A stretch of DNA of 64,000 nt from Burkholderiales bacterium. Lineage in GTDB: Bacteria; Pseudomonadota; Gammaproteobacteria; Burkholderiales; SG8-39. Below the pieces are notes generated by a model. That model ran no database searches, was not told where the DNA came from, and was given only the letters and a program-made list of their open reading frames with translations. The translations under genes and the position numbers were made by a program. Numbering within the stretch: the first letter of the stretch is position 1; each line of letters starts with the position of its first letter. Below are positions 17,323 through 28,012 of the stretch, one piece after another. The stretch spans positions 3,133 through 67,132 of the forward strand of contig JADGRQ010000019.1 in the NCBI GenBank assembly GCA_017880775.1. The letters are read 5' to 3'.

Positions 17323-18597
17323 CTAACTCGCCACCCAAACATTGCGGCAACGCGTCTCGCGCAACCGGAACCCGGCAGCGACGCCGGTCAGCGCGATCAC
17401 AGCCAGCACCGCCGCCGCGCTCCGGTAGCCGTCCAGCGCCGCGCCGCCGACAGTCCGATCCAGCACCGCTCCCACCAGCGGCTGGAACAGCGCGGTGCCG
17501 AGGAAGCCGCCCGTGTTGACCAGGCTGGTCGCGGTCCCCGACAGTGCGGGCGGGTTCAGTTCCTTCGCCAATGCCCACCCCAGGGTGGCCCCGGAGATTC
17601 CAATGCCCATCAACAGGAACGCGGCGACCGACGCCGCGACGGGAAGCTGCCAGCCCATCACCCACGGTAGCCAGCTCGCCAGGTACAGGAGCGACAGCGC
17701 GCGCACCAGCGGCAGGCGCAGCCCCATGCGATCGGAGATGGTGCCTACAGCGAACGAACTGAACCCGAGACCGAGGATCGCCGCAGTCACGTGCAGCGTT
17801 GCGCTCGTGCGCGTCAATCCGAGGCCGTCGGTCAGGTACGGTACCGCCCACAGGCCCGTGAAGGTCAGGTACGAGCCGATCATGCCGAAATGCATGAAGA
17901 ATCCGGGCCAGGTATCGCGGTTCTCCGCCACGCGGGCGACGCCGTCCCACCACCCCGCATGGGTCCCTACCGCATCCGCCTGTCCCTCGAGCGAACGCAC
18001 TGACGGCAGGCCAGCGTCGCGCGGATCGTCGCGCACCCACAACCAGATGCACAGAGCCAGCGCGAACGACAGCCCGCCGGTCACCACGAACACCTCGCGC
18101 CAGGAGACATACCGGGTCGCCCATGCCAGCGGATACGCCGCGAGCACCCCGCCCAGGTTTCCGAGCAGCATCAGCACGCCGACCCAGGTGCCGAATTCGC
18201 GCTCGCTGTACCACGAGGCGATCAGCTTGAGCACCGATACGAAAGCCACCGCCACCCCGAGCCCGACCAGCGCACGCCCCGCGAGCAGCCAGCCGACGTT
18301 CGGCGCGAACCCGAACAGCAGCGAACCGATCCCGGCCACCATCGAGCCCGCGGTGAACAGGCGGCGCGGCCCCACCGAATCGGCGAGCACCCCCGAAGGC
18401 AGCTGCATCGCCGCGTAGGGATAGAAGTAGAACGCGGCGATGAAGCCGAGCGTGGTAGCGCTCGAGTCGAAGGTCGCGCGCAGGTCGGCTGCGATCGCGC
18501 CGGGTGCGACACGGTGGAAGAACGCGACGATGAAGGCCGCCGCGCCGAGCGCGTAGGCGAGCCGGCGCAGCCGCCGGTAGCGCGAGGACGTGTCCAT
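17323..18597 (-). CDS. MFS transporter
   Basis: About 12 hydrophobic segments; GVLADSVGPRR motif A. Start ATG 18597. Confidence 0.88.
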   Translation of the reverse strand: MDTSSRYRRLRRLAYALGAAAFIVAFFHRVAPGAIAADLRATFDSSATTLGFIAAFYFYPYAAMQLPSGVLADSVGPRRLFTAGSMVAGIGSLLFGFAPNVGWLLAGRALVGLGVAVAFVSVLKLIASWYSEREFGTWVGVLMLLGNLGGVLAAYPLAWATRYVSWREVFVVTGGLSFALALCIWLWVRDDPRDAGLPSVRSLEGQADAVGTHAGWWDGVARVAENRDTWPGFFMHFGMIGSYLTFTGLWAVPYLTDGLGLTRTSATLHVTAAILGLGFSSFAVGTISDRMGLRLPLVRALSLLYLASWLPWVMGWQLPVAASVAAFLLMGIGISGATLGWALAKELNPPALSGTATSLVNTGGFLGTALFQPLVGAVLDRTVGGAALDGYRSAAAVLAVIALTGVAAGFRLRETRCRNVWVAS

Positions 18598-19778
18598 CAG
18601 GCCGGGGCCTCGTCCGGCATCGCGTACACCTCGATTGCGCGCCCCACCCCACGCAGCTCGAACGTTCCGAGGCTCTCCCACTGCTCGCCCAGTGCCTGGG
18701 TCACGCCGCCCGAGACGACCACGTCGCGCCCGGTGTCCTTGCACAGCGACTCGATCCTCGCGGTCTCGTTCGCCGCAGCGCCGATCACCGAGAATTCGAG
18801 CCGGGTCGGCGTGCCGATATTGCCGTACAGCACGCGCCCGAGGTGCAGGCCGACGCCGTAGGCGAAGGTCGGCAGCCCCGCGCCGGCGCGCCGGGCATTC
18901 GCTTCGCCCGCCTTCACCCGCACGCTGCGCGCGGCGCCGACCGCGCGCTCGCAGGTGGCGCGGCGTTCCGCGATTCCGGGGACCGGAAACACGGCGAGCG
19001 AGGCGTCGCCGATGAAGCGCAGCACCTCGCCGCCGTGCTCGAGCACCGCGCCCGCGGTGGCCTCGAAGTAGTCGTTCAGCAGTTCGAGGAAGCGGCGCTC
19101 GCCGAGCCGTGCGGCAAGCGGCGTCGATTCGCGCAGGTCGGAGAACCAGATCACCGCGTCGATCTCCTCGCCGTCGCCGCGTTGTATCTGTCCCTCGAGC
19201 ACGCGCAAGCCCGCGCTCCGCCCGAGGTAGGTCTCGAGCAGGGTGCGTGCGAGTTCGCGATTCGTGAAATTCTCCATGACCAGCGCGAACGGATGCAGCA
19301 GGCGCTGGACTTCCTCGATGTCATGGTCGGTAAACCCGCCCGGCCGCCGGGTGGCGAGGCTCACCGAGTTGCGCTGGCCCGAACTGAAGATCACCTCGGA
19401 CATCACGTAATCGGTCATGCCGAGCGCCTTCACTTCGGCGATCACCGGAAAATCGATCGGACAATCGTCGCGCTCGAGCCTGCGGCGGATGACGCGCTCG
19501 CCCGCCACGATGCGCGCAGCCGGGCTGTTGATGTATGCCTCGGACTGGCGCAGGCCCCGGTCTCCGCGCAGCACCGATACGCGCTCGCCGTCCCATTGCA
19601 ACGCGATCCCCAAGTCCTGCGGATGCAAGGTCCAGAAAAAGAATCCGACGCGCTCGATCGGCAAGCCCGCGGCGCGCACGCGTGCGCACAACTCCCCCAC
19701 CACCTCCTCGGGCGATGCCATGTGGCGCCCCTTGTGCATCAGCCAATCAATGACCGGTGTGATCGACCATGTCGTCAT
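18597..19778 (-). CDS. Class III adenylate/guanylate cyclase with N-terminal GAF-like domain
   Basis: AVIWFSDLREST, LRFIGDASL, GVGLHLG, GNIG and VIGAAANETARIE motifs. Confidence 0.9.
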   Translation of the reverse strand: MTTWSITPVIDWLMHKGRHMASPEEVVGELCARVRAAGLPIERVGFFFWTLHPQDLGIALQWDGERVSVLRGDRGLRQSEAYINSPAARIVAGERVIRRRLERDDCPIDFPVIAEVKALGMTDYVMSEVIFSSGQRNSVSLATRRPGGFTDHDIEEVQRLLHPFALVMENFTNRELARTLLETYLGRSAGLRVLEGQIQRGDGEEIDAVIWFSDLRESTPLAARLGERRFLELLNDYFEATAGAVLEHGGEVLRFIGDASLAVFPVPGIAERRATCERAVGAARSVRVKAGEANARRAGAGLPTFAYGVGLHLGRVLYGNIGTPTRLEFSVIGAAANETARIESLCKDTGRDVVVSGGVTQALGEQWESLGTFELRGVGRAIEVYAMPDEAPA

Positions 19779-19857
19779 GTCGCGATCCCTCCGTCCCGAA
19801 ATCAGCCGAACACCCGCAGCCCCCCGGGCAGGATGGATACCGACCCGGGAGTCGGTC

Positions 19858-20829
19858 CTAAAGCGGCTTCTTGATCAACTGCCCGAGCTCACCGATGACG
19901 CCGCGCCGGAACGTGAGCACGCAGATGACGAAGATCACGCCCTGCACCACCGTTACCCAGGAACCGAGCTGCGCGAGGTAATTCTCCATCCCGAGCAGCA
20001 CGAAAGCGCCGACCACCGGGCCGAAGACGGTGCCCAGGCCGCCCAGCAGGGTCATCAACACCACTTCGCCGGACATCGACCAGTGCGCGTCCGTGAGCGA
20101 CGCGAGCTGGAACACTAGCGCCTTGGTGGCGCCAGCCAGGCCGGCCAGTGCCGCCGAGAGCACGAACGCAAGCAGCTTGTATCGATCGGTACGGTAGCCG
20201 AGAGAGATCGCGCGCTGCTCGTTCTCGCGGATGGCCTGCAACACCTGGCCGAAGGGCGAATGCACGATCCGGTATATCAGCAGCAACCCGGCGCCGGTCA
20301 CCGCGAATACGAAGAAGTACATTGCCCAGACATTGGAGAGATCGACCAGCCCGAACAGCATTCCGCGCGGCACCGCCTGGATGCCGTCCTCGCCGTGCGT
20401 GAACGGCGTCTGCAGATAGAAAAAGAACACCATCTGCGACAACGCCAGGGTGATCATCGCAAAATAGATGCCCTGCCGGCGGATCGCGATCAGCCCGGCA
20501 GCCAGGCCCAGCACGGCCGCCGTCGCGGTACCGGTCAGAATTGCCATTTCCGGAGGCAGACCCCAGACCTTTGCCGCGTGCGCAGAAAGATATCCGCCGG
20601 TGGCGAGAAACATCGCATGCCCGAACGAGAGCAGCCCGACGTAGCCGATCAGCAGGTTGAACGCGGCCGCAAACAGCGCGAAGCACATCACCTTCATCAG
20701 GAAGATCGGATACATCAGCAGCGGTGCAGCGACAAAGAACGCCCCCAGCGCGGCGAACGCCACGGTCTGGTGCCGGAGGTTTGCAGCGCGCGCCGGTGCG
20801 TCGGCAGATGGTTGCGAAGTATCGGTCAT
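19858..20829 (-). CDS. livM: Branched-chain amino acid ABC transporter permease (LivM-like)
   Basis: GLLSFGHA, GIYFAMITLA and AIRENE motifs. Confidence 0.88.
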   Translation of the reverse strand: MTDTSQPSADAPARAANLRHQTVAFAALGAFFVAAPLLMYPIFLMKVMCFALFAAAFNLLIGYVGLLSFGHAMFLATGGYLSAHAAKVWGLPPEMAILTGTATAAVLGLAAGLIAIRRQGIYFAMITLALSQMVFFFYLQTPFTHGEDGIQAVPRGMLFGLVDLSNVWAMYFFVFAVTGAGLLLIYRIVHSPFGQVLQAIRENEQRAISLGYRTDRYKLLAFVLSAALAGLAGATKALVFQLASLTDAHWSMSGEVVLMTLLGGLGTVFGPVVGAFVLLGMENYLAQLGSWVTVVQGVIFVICVLTFRRGVIGELGQLIKKPL

Positions 20830-20836
20830 CGCCCGC

Positions 20837-21724
20837 CTATTTCTGCGTGCCGAACAGGCCGGCCGGCTTGATCATCAGCACGATCGCCATGACGATGAAG
20901 ATCACGGTGTTGGAGGCTTCCGGGTAGAACACCTTGGTGAGCCCCTCGATCACGCCGAGTCCGAACCCGGTCAGGATGGCGCCCAGTATCGAGCCCATGC
21001 CGCCGATCACCACCACCGCGAATACCACGATGATCAGGTCCCCGCCCATCAACGGATTGACCTGGTAAATGGGTGCCGCCATCACCCCGGCAAGCGCGGC
21101 CAGGCCGACGCCGAAGCCGTAGGTGAGCGTGATCATGCGCGGTACGTTGACGCCGAATGCCTGCACCAGTTGCGGGTTTTCGGTGCCCGCACGCAGGTAC
21201 GATCCGAGCTTGGTCTTCTCGATCACGAACCAGGTCGCCATGCACACCACGAGCGAAGCCACGATCACCCACGCCCGATATTTCGGCAGGAACATGAAGC
21301 CGAGGTTCTGGCCGCCGGCCAGCTCGGCCGGGACCTGGTAGGGAAGACCGGCCGAGCCGAACTCATTGCGGAACAGCCCTTGGATGATGAGCGCGAGTCC
21401 GAAGGTGAGCAACAGCCCGTACAGGTGATCGAGCTGGTAAAGATGCCTGATCATCAGGCGTTCGATCAGCACGCCGAACGCGCCGACCGCGACCGGCGCA
21501 ATCGCCAGTGCCCACCAGTAGCCAACGCCCAGCTTGTTGAGCAGGAACCATGCGCAGAACGCGCCCATCATGTACTGCGCGCCATGGGTGAAGTTGATGA
21601 TGTTGAGCAGTCCGAAGATGACTGCGAGCCCGAGCGAAAGCAGGGCATAAAACGAGCCATTGATCAGCCCGATCAGGAGCTGGCCGAACAGCGCCTGCGT
21701 CGGAACTCCGAAAATCGTGTCCAT
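20837..21724 (-). CDS. livH: Branched-chain amino acid ABC transporter permease (LivH-like)
   Basis: YALLSLGLAVIFG..NIINFTHG and VVVIGGMGS motifs. Confidence 0.88.
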   Translation of the reverse strand: MDTIFGVPTQALFGQLLIGLINGSFYALLSLGLAVIFGLLNIINFTHGAQYMMGAFCAWFLLNKLGVGYWWALAIAPVAVGAFGVLIERLMIRHLYQLDHLYGLLLTFGLALIIQGLFRNEFGSAGLPYQVPAELAGGQNLGFMFLPKYRAWVIVASLVVCMATWFVIEKTKLGSYLRAGTENPQLVQAFGVNVPRMITLTYGFGVGLAALAGVMAAPIYQVNPLMGGDLIIVVFAVVVIGGMGSILGAILTGFGLGVIEGLTKVFYPEASNTVIFIVMAIVLMIKPAGLFGTQK

Positions 21725-21775
21725 CGGTCGATACGGGAGAAGAGCGGCTGCCCTTCGCCCGCTATCCCTGCTGCG

Positions 21776-22984
21776 TTACTTGACCAACGGGCAACCGCCT
21801 TCCTTCTCCGGGCGGAATGCCTGCTCGGCCGGGATCGTCGCGAGGATCTTGTAATAGTCGTAAGGCCCTTTCGATTCGGAGGGCTTTTTAACCTCCACCA
21901 GGTAGGCCGGGTGTATCTTGCGGCCGTCCTGGCGCACGCGGCCCTTGCCGAACAGCGGGTCGTCGGTTGGCAGTTCCTTCATCTTGGCGATCACCTTGGT
22001 GCCGTCATCGGTCTTTGCCGCCTCGATCGCCTTCAGGTAGTGCAGCACCGACGAATACACGCCGGCCTGGACCATGCTCGGGTATTTGCCGCCATTGGCC
22101 GCAGCGAAGCGCTTGGTAAAAGCGCGCGTCTGGTCGTTCAGGTCCCAGTAGAACGTTTCAGTGAAGATTAGGCCCTGCGCCGTCTCCAGACCCAGGCCGT
22201 GGATGTCCGTGATGAACACCAGCAGGCCGGCCAGATGCTGGCCGCCCTTGACAATGCCGAATTCCGCCGCCTGTTTGATCGAATTGATGGTGTCGCCGCC
22301 GGCATTGGCCAGGCCGATGATCTTGGCCTTCGACGCCTGCGCCTGCAGCAGAAACGAAGAGAAGTCGGTGCCGGGAAACGGGTGCCGCACCTTGCCGAGC
22401 ACCTTGCCGCCGCTCTTGAGGACCACCGCCTCGGTGTCGCGCTCCAGCGCATGGCCGAACGCGTAATCCGCGGTTATGAAGAACCACGTGTCGCCGCCGG
22501 TTTTTACGATAGCGTTGCCGGTGCCATTGGCCAGCATCCAGGTGTCGTACGTCCAGTGGATGGTGTTCGGTGAGCAGGCCTTGCCGGTCAGGTCTGCCGT
22601 GGCCGCGCCCGACACCAGGAATGCCTTGCCCTTCTGCCTCGTGATCTCGCTCACCGCGAGCGCGACCGAGGAGGTCGGTACGTCGAAGACCGCATCGACC
22701 TTGTCGACGTCGTACCACTGCCGCACCACCGCGGAACCCACGTCGGGCTTGTTCTGGTGGTCCGCGGAAACGATTTCCACCTTCATGCCCTTCTTGGCAG
22801 CGCCGAAATCCTCTACCGCCATGCGTGCGGCCACGACCGACCCCGGGCCGGCAATATCGGCATACAAACCGGACATGTCGTTCAGTACCCCGATCTTGAT
22901 GACGCCGTCGGAAATCTGTGCGTGCGCAGTGCCGCCGACGGCCGCTGCAACAGCCGCGGCCAGCAAAGTCTTCTTCAGTCCCAT
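21776..22984 (-). CDS. LivK-like ABC transporter substrate-binding protein
   Basis: Signal peptide; IKIGVLNDMSG, ADHQNKPD and ADYAFGH motifs. Confidence 0.9.
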   Translation of the reverse strand: MGLKKTLLAAAVAAAVGGTAHAQISDGVIKIGVLNDMSGLYADIAGPGSVVAARMAVEDFGAAKKGMKVEIVSADHQNKPDVGSAVVRQWYDVDKVDAVFDVPTSSVALAVSEITRQKGKAFLVSGAATADLTGKACSPNTIHWTYDTWMLANGTGNAIVKTGGDTWFFITADYAFGHALERDTEAVVLKSGGKVLGKVRHPFPGTDFSSFLLQAQASKAKIIGLANAGGDTINSIKQAAEFGIVKGGQHLAGLLVFITDIHGLGLETAQGLIFTETFYWDLNDQTRAFTKRFAAANGGKYPSMVQAGVYSSVLHYLKAIEAAKTDDGTKVIAKMKELPTDDPLFGKGRVRQDGRKIHPAYLVEVKKPSESKGPYDYYKILATIPAEQAFRPEKEGGCPLVK

Positions 22985-23028
22985 CGCATTTCTCCTTGAA
23001 AGAAAATCCATTGGATCAACGATCTCGA

Positions 23029-23754
23029 TCATACCCCGAGGTATTCGCGTACCCTACCCATTTTCGCTTCGAGTTCGGCGTTCGGGATCATGTCCATGAT
23101 GCGCCCATGCTCGATCAGGTAGTGGCGGTCGGCGACCATCGCGGCGAAGCGGAAGTTCTGCTCCACCAGCACCACCGTGAACCCCCGCTCCTTCAACTTG
23201 CGAACCACGCGCCCGAGCATCTGCACGATCACGGGAGCGAGACCTTCCGTAATCTCGTCCAGCAGCAACAGGTGCGCGCCAGTGCGCAGGATGCGGGCCA
23301 TCGCGAGCATCTGCTGCTCGCCGCCCGAGAGCCGCGTGCCCTGGCTCTTCCTGCGGTCCCTGAGATTGGGAAACATCTGGTAGATCTCGTCCACCGTCAT
23401 GCCACCTTCCTGCACCTGGGGCGGCAGGAGCAGGTTTTCCTCGGCGCTCAGGCTTGCGTAGATGCCCCGCTCCTCCGGGCAATACCCGATGCCGAGGTGA
23501 GCGATCCGGTGGGTCGGCATCTGTACGGTCTCGACCCCATTCACGCGAATCGAACCGGTGCGCCGCCCGACCAGGCCGAGCACGGATTTCAGGGTTGTCG
23601 TGCGGCCAGCACCGTTGCGCCCGAGCAATGCAACCACCTCTCCGCGCGCAATCGATACGTCCATTCCGTGCAGGACGTGCGACTCGCCGTACCACGCATG
23701 CAGGCCGCCGATCTGCAGCGCTTCCTTGCCGTTCGCTGCGCCCGCTTCAGTCAT
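23029..23754 (-). CDS. livF: ABC ATPase (LivF-like)
   Basis: GRNGAGRTT, LSGGEQQML, LLLDE. Confidence 0.88.
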   Translation of the reverse strand: MTEAGAANGKEALQIGGLHAWYGESHVLHGMDVSIARGEVVALLGRNGAGRTTTLKSVLGLVGRRTGSIRVNGVETVQMPTHRIAHLGIGYCPEERGIYASLSAEENLLLPPQVQEGGMTVDEIYQMFPNLRDRRKSQGTRLSGGEQQMLAMARILRTGAHLLLLDEITEGLAPVIVQMLGRVVRKLKERGFTVVLVEQNFRFAAMVADRHYLIEHGRIMDMIPNAELEAKMGRVREYLGV

Positions 23755-24502
23755 GTCCGGTGCCCAGATAGGCTTCCATCACTTCAGGGTTGGCCGAGAC
23801 TTCGGCGTACGGGCCCTCGGCCAGGATCTGGCCGCGCTGCAGCACCGTGATCCGGTCTGAAATCCCGGCCACCACGCTCATGTTGTGCTCGACCATCAGC
23901 ACCGTGCGGTTGAGCGCCACTTTCCTGATCAGCGCAGTGACGCGGCCGACGTCCTCGTGCGCCATGCCCTGCGTGGGTTCGTCGAGCAGCATCAGCTCCG
24001 GATCCATCGCGAGCGTGGTGGCGATCTCCAGCGCGCGCTTGCGTCCGTAGGGAAGCTCGATCGTCACGGCATCGGCGAATTCGGCCAGATCCACCGACTG
24101 CAGCAATTCCATCGCGCGCTCGTTGAGCGCGTCGAGGCAGCGCTCCGATTTCCAGAAATGAAACGAGTTCCCCATCGCGTGCTGCAACGCGACGCGGACG
24201 TTTTCAAGCACCGTAAAGTGGGGAAACACCGCTGAGATCTGGAACGAGCGCACGACGCCGCGCCGCGCGATATCCGCCGAGCTCTCGCCGGTGATGTCCT
24301 CGCCCCCATAGAGGATCCGGCCGCTCGTCGGCGCGAGAAACTTGGTCAGTAAGTTGAAGACGGTGGTCTTGCCCGCCCCGTTCGGTCCGATCAGCGCATG
24401 GATCGTCCCGCGCGTCACCCGCAGGTCCACCGCATTCACCGCAACGAAGCCCTTGAACTCCTTCGTCAAGCTCCGGGTCTCGAGGATGATGTCTGCAGCC
24501 AT
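23747..24502 (-). CDS. livG: ABC ATPase (LivG-like)
   Basis: GPNGAGKTT, LPYGRKRALE, LLDEP, AYLG. Confidence 0.88.
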   Translation of the reverse strand: MAADIILETRSLTKEFKGFVAVNAVDLRVTRGTIHALIGPNGAGKTTVFNLLTKFLAPTSGRILYGGEDITGESSADIARRGVVRSFQISAVFPHFTVLENVRVALQHAMGNSFHFWKSERCLDALNERAMELLQSVDLAEFADAVTIELPYGRKRALEIATTLAMDPELMLLDEPTQGMAHEDVGRVTALIRKVALNRTVLMVEHNMSVVAGISDRITVLQRGQILAEGPYAEVSANPEVMEAYLGTGHD

Positions 24503-24532
24503 GCTTTCTTTGCCGCGCAATCTCGGGGGAAA

Positions 24533-25324
24533 CTACTTCCAGTTGGGTGGCCGCTTCTCGATGAAGGCGTCCATGCCTTCCCTGCCCTCCGGGTGCGCAA
24601 AGCTGGAGGCGATGACGTTCGAAGCCATCTCGTAGGCGCGCGCAATGCCGAGATCCATCTGCTGGTAGAACGCACGCTTGCCGGCAGCAACCGTGGCCGG
24701 CGGCTTTTCGGCGATCTGCCGCGCGAGTTTCTCCAGCTCGGCGTCGAGCTGCTCCACCGGGACGACGCGATTCACCAGGCCCCATTCGAGCGCCTGTTGC
24801 GGGCCGATGACATCGCCGGTAAGCAGCATCTCCATTGCGTGCTTGCGCAGCAGGTTGCGTCCAACCGCGACGCCCGGCGTGGAGCAGAAAAATCCCCATG
24901 TCACCCCCGGCGTGGTGAATTTCGCCGCTTCCGAGGCGACCGCGAGGTCGCACTGGGCGACCAGCTGGCAACCGGCCGCGGCAGCCGCGCCGTGCACGCG
25001 CGCGATCACCGGCTGCGGCAGGTTGGTGATGGACTGCATCATGCGGCTACACTTGTGGAACAGCGCCTCGATCTTCGGCTGCTCGCCGAGCGCGCGGATC
25101 TCTTTCAGGTCGTGACCAGCGCAGAAACCCTTTCCTGCGGCCGCGAGCACCACCACATGCACGCCCGGGTCCTTCGCGATCGCCTCGAATGCAGCCTGCA
25201 GCGCATCGAGCATTTCGCTCGTCAGCAGGTTCATCTGCTGCGGGCGGTTCATGGTGAGCCTGGTCACGCCGCCGCGCTCCTCGCGCAGCAGCACGGGTTG
25301 TTCCGGTTGCGGTACGGCGCTCAT
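24533..25324 (-). CDS. Enoyl-CoA hydratase/isomerase family protein
   Basis: FCAGHDLKE, PQPVIARVHG and AAGCQLVAQCD motifs. Confidence 0.9.
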   Translation of the reverse strand: MSAVPQPEQPVLLREERGGVTRLTMNRPQQMNLLTSEMLDALQAAFEAIAKDPGVHVVVLAAAGKGFCAGHDLKEIRALGEQPKIEALFHKCSRMMQSITNLPQPVIARVHGAAAAAGCQLVAQCDLAVASEAAKFTTPGVTWGFFCSTPGVAVGRNLLRKHAMEMLLTGDVIGPQQALEWGLVNRVVPVEQLDAELEKLARQIAEKPPATVAAGKRAFYQQMDLGIARAYEMASNVIASSFAHPEGREGMDAFIEKRPPNWK

Positions 25325-25334
25325 CAGGATCTCC

Positions 25335-26984
25335 CTAGGTTTCGATTGCGGAGGCGGACTTCGCCTTCTCGCGCAGCGCGAATTTCTGGATCTTACCCGT
25401 CGAAGTCTTCGGCACCGCTCCGAAAATCACCCGCTTGGGTACTTTGAAGCGCGCCATGTGAGCCCGGCAGAACTCGATGATTTCGGCTTCCGTGGCGGTT
25501 GCGCCTTCTTTCAGCTCGACGAAAGCGCACGGCGTCTCCCCCCACTTCGCGTCGGGCTGCGCAACCACCGCCGCCGCCATCACCGCCGGGTGGCGGTAAA
25601 GCGCGTCCTCGACCTCGATCGAGGAAATGTTCTCGCCGCCCGAGATGATGACGTCCTTGGAGCGGTCCTTGATCTTGACGTAGCCGTCCGGGTACATCAC
25701 CGCCAGGTCGCCGGTGTGGAACCAGCCGTCCTTGAACGACTCCTGCGTCGCCTTCGGGTTCTTCAGGTAGCCCTTCATGGTGATGTTCCCGCGCATCATG
25801 ATCTCGCCCATGGTTTCGCCGTCCGCGGGCGTGGGCTGCATGGTTTCGGGATCCATTACCGCGAGTCCTTCCTGCACCGTGTAACGGATGCCCTGGCGCG
25901 CATTGAGCGTCACCTGTTCGCCGAGCGGCAGGCTCGCCCATTCGGGCTGCTTCGCACATACCGTCGCCGGACCATAGGTTTCGGTCAGGCCGTAGACGTG
26001 GGTAATGGAAAAGCCCATCTTCTCCATGCCTTCGATGATCGCGGCCGGTGGCGCCGCACCGGCGACCAGACAGTTCACCTTGTGCGTGATGCCCTTCCTC
26101 AGCGCCGCCGGAGCGTTGATCAGCGTCTGGTGCACGATCGGCGCGCCGCAGTAATGAGTGACCCGGTGCTCCGCCATCAGCTTGAATATCAGTGCGGCAT
26201 CCACCTTGCGCAGGCAAACGCTGGTGCCTGCGTTGGCCGCCATGGTCCACGGGAAACACCAGCCGTTGCAGTGGAACATCGGCAGCGTCCACAGGTACAC
26301 CGCGTGGTGCGGCATCGCCCACACGAGGATGTTCCCTACGCCATTGAGGTAGGCGCCGCGGTGATGGTAGACCACGCCTTTCGGGTTGCCGGTGGTGCCA
26401 GAGGTGTAGTTGAGCGAGATCGCCTGCCATTCGTCCGCCGGCCACAGCCAGTTCCACTCCGGGTCGCCCTCGGCGAGCAAATCCTCGTAGGTCTTCGCAC
26501 CGAGCCGCTTGCCCGGCCCCGAATACTCCGGATCATCCACGTCGATCACGATGGGCTTCACCTTCGCCCTCGAAAGCGCCTGCTCGATGATCGGCGAGAA
26601 CTCGCGGTCGGTGAGAAGCACTTTCGCTTCGCCGTGATCCAACATGAATGCAATCGCTTCCGCATCCAGGCGCGTATTCAGCGTATTGAGCACCGCCCCG
26701 CACATCGGCACGCCGAAATGCGCCTCGTAAATCTCCGGCGTGTTGGCGAGCATCGCCGCGACCGTGTCGCCGATTCCTATGCCGCGTTTCACCAATGCGG
26801 ATCCGAGCCGGCGGCAGCGCGCGTAAGTCTCCCGCCATGTGTATCGTTTCGCGCCGTGAATGACCGAGGTGTGCTTCGGGTAGACGTAGGCGGCGCGCTC
26901 GATGAATGAAAGCGGGGTCAGCGGCGCGAAATTCGCCGGATTCTTGTCGAGCCCGCTGTCATAGGGGTTGGGCTTCGTAGGCAT
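25335..26984 (-). CDS. Acyl-CoA synthetase (AMP-binding)
   Basis: YTSGTTGNPKG, YGLTE, FHTGD, DRSKDVIISGGENI and TGKIQK motifs. Confidence 0.93.
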   Translation of the reverse strand: MPTKPNPYDSGLDKNPANFAPLTPLSFIERAAYVYPKHTSVIHGAKRYTWRETYARCRRLGSALVKRGIGIGDTVAAMLANTPEIYEAHFGVPMCGAVLNTLNTRLDAEAIAFMLDHGEAKVLLTDREFSPIIEQALSRAKVKPIVIDVDDPEYSGPGKRLGAKTYEDLLAEGDPEWNWLWPADEWQAISLNYTSGTTGNPKGVVYHHRGAYLNGVGNILVWAMPHHAVYLWTLPMFHCNGWCFPWTMAANAGTSVCLRKVDAALIFKLMAEHRVTHYCGAPIVHQTLINAPAALRKGITHKVNCLVAGAAPPAAIIEGMEKMGFSITHVYGLTETYGPATVCAKQPEWASLPLGEQVTLNARQGIRYTVQEGLAVMDPETMQPTPADGETMGEIMMRGNITMKGYLKNPKATQESFKDGWFHTGDLAVMYPDGYVKIKDRSKDVIISGGENISSIEVEDALYRHPAVMAAAVVAQPDAKWGETPCAFVELKEGATATEAEIIEFCRAHMARFKVPKRVIFGAVPKTSTGKIQKFALREKAKSASAIET

Positions 26985-27021
26985 GATGCGCGAAGTATAT
27001 CGTTGGGGCCGCCGACCGGCG

Positions 27022-27984
27022 TCAGTTCGCCGTAATCCCCGCCGCCTTCACCACCCGCCCCCAAGTCTGATACTCGCGCTCGATATAGCGTGCCAGCTCA
27101 TCGATCGTGCTCGGCTGCGGCTGGAGCCCCTGCTTGTTGAGCAAATCGCGCACCTCGGCCGTGCCGAGCGCCTTCACCAGTTCCGAATGGAGGCGCTCGA
27201 CGATCTCCCTCGGCGTCTTCGCAGGCGCTACGTAGGCATACCAGTTGACCGCCTCGTATCCCGGATACCCCGACTCGGCGACGGTCAGCACGTCGGGCAG
27301 CAACGTCGCGCGGGTCGGGCCCGTCGTCGCGAGCGCGCGGGCCTTGCCAGCCTTCATTTGCGCTCCGGCGGACACCGGCGTCGCGAACACCGCCGCCACC
27401 TGGCCGCCCAGCAGGCCCTGCATCGCCGGACCGCCGCCCTTGTAGGGAACGTGCACGATGTCGATCTTCGCCATCAACCGCAGCAGCTCGCCGGCCAGGT
27501 GGCCGGCGCCGCCGATGCCCGAGGAGCCATAGGTGAGCGTGCCGGGCTTCTCGGCGGCGAGTTTCACGAACTCGCCCAGCGTCGTGGCGGGAACGGAGGG
27601 ATGCACCACCAGCACGTTGGAGAACACCACCGCCATGGTGATCGGCGCGAAATCGCGCAGCGGATCGTAGGGCAGGTTCGCGACGATATGCGGCGCGACC
27701 GTGAGCGACCCGACGTTGCCGAGCAATATCGTGTAACCGTCGGGCGCAGCCTTGCCGACGTAGTCGGCGGCGATGTTGCCGCCCGCGCCGGCCTTGTTCT
27801 CGACGACGACCTGCTCGCGCAGGCTCTCGGCAAGTGTCCTGGCAATGATGCGCGCCACCCCGTCGGTGCCGCCACCCGGGGCGAAACCCACCACCATCGT
27901 GATCGGACGGCTGGGATACGCGGCCTGCGCCAGCGCCTGTGCAGCCCAGATCAGTCCAATGCAGATCCACATCAGACGAAGCAT
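27022..27984 (-). CDS. Bug/TctC substrate-binding protein
   Basis: YPSRPITMVVGFAPGG, ENKAGAGG, HVPYKGG. Confidence 0.93.
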   Translation of the reverse strand: MLRLMWICIGLIWAAQALAQAAYPSRPITMVVGFAPGGGTDGVARIIARTLAESLREQVVVENKAGAGGNIAADYVGKAAPDGYTILLGNVGSLTVAPHIVANLPYDPLRDFAPITMAVVFSNVLVVHPSVPATTLGEFVKLAAEKPGTLTYGSSGIGGAGHLAGELLRLMAKIDIVHVPYKGGGPAMQGLLGGQVAAVFATPVSAGAQMKAGKARALATTGPTRATLLPDVLTVAESGYPGYEAVNWYAYVAPAKTPREIVERLHSELVKALGTAEVRDLLNKQGLQPQPSTIDELARYIEREYQTWGRVVKAAGITAN

Positions 27985-28012
27985 GTGATCTCCTCGCCAA
28001 AAAAATGGGATC

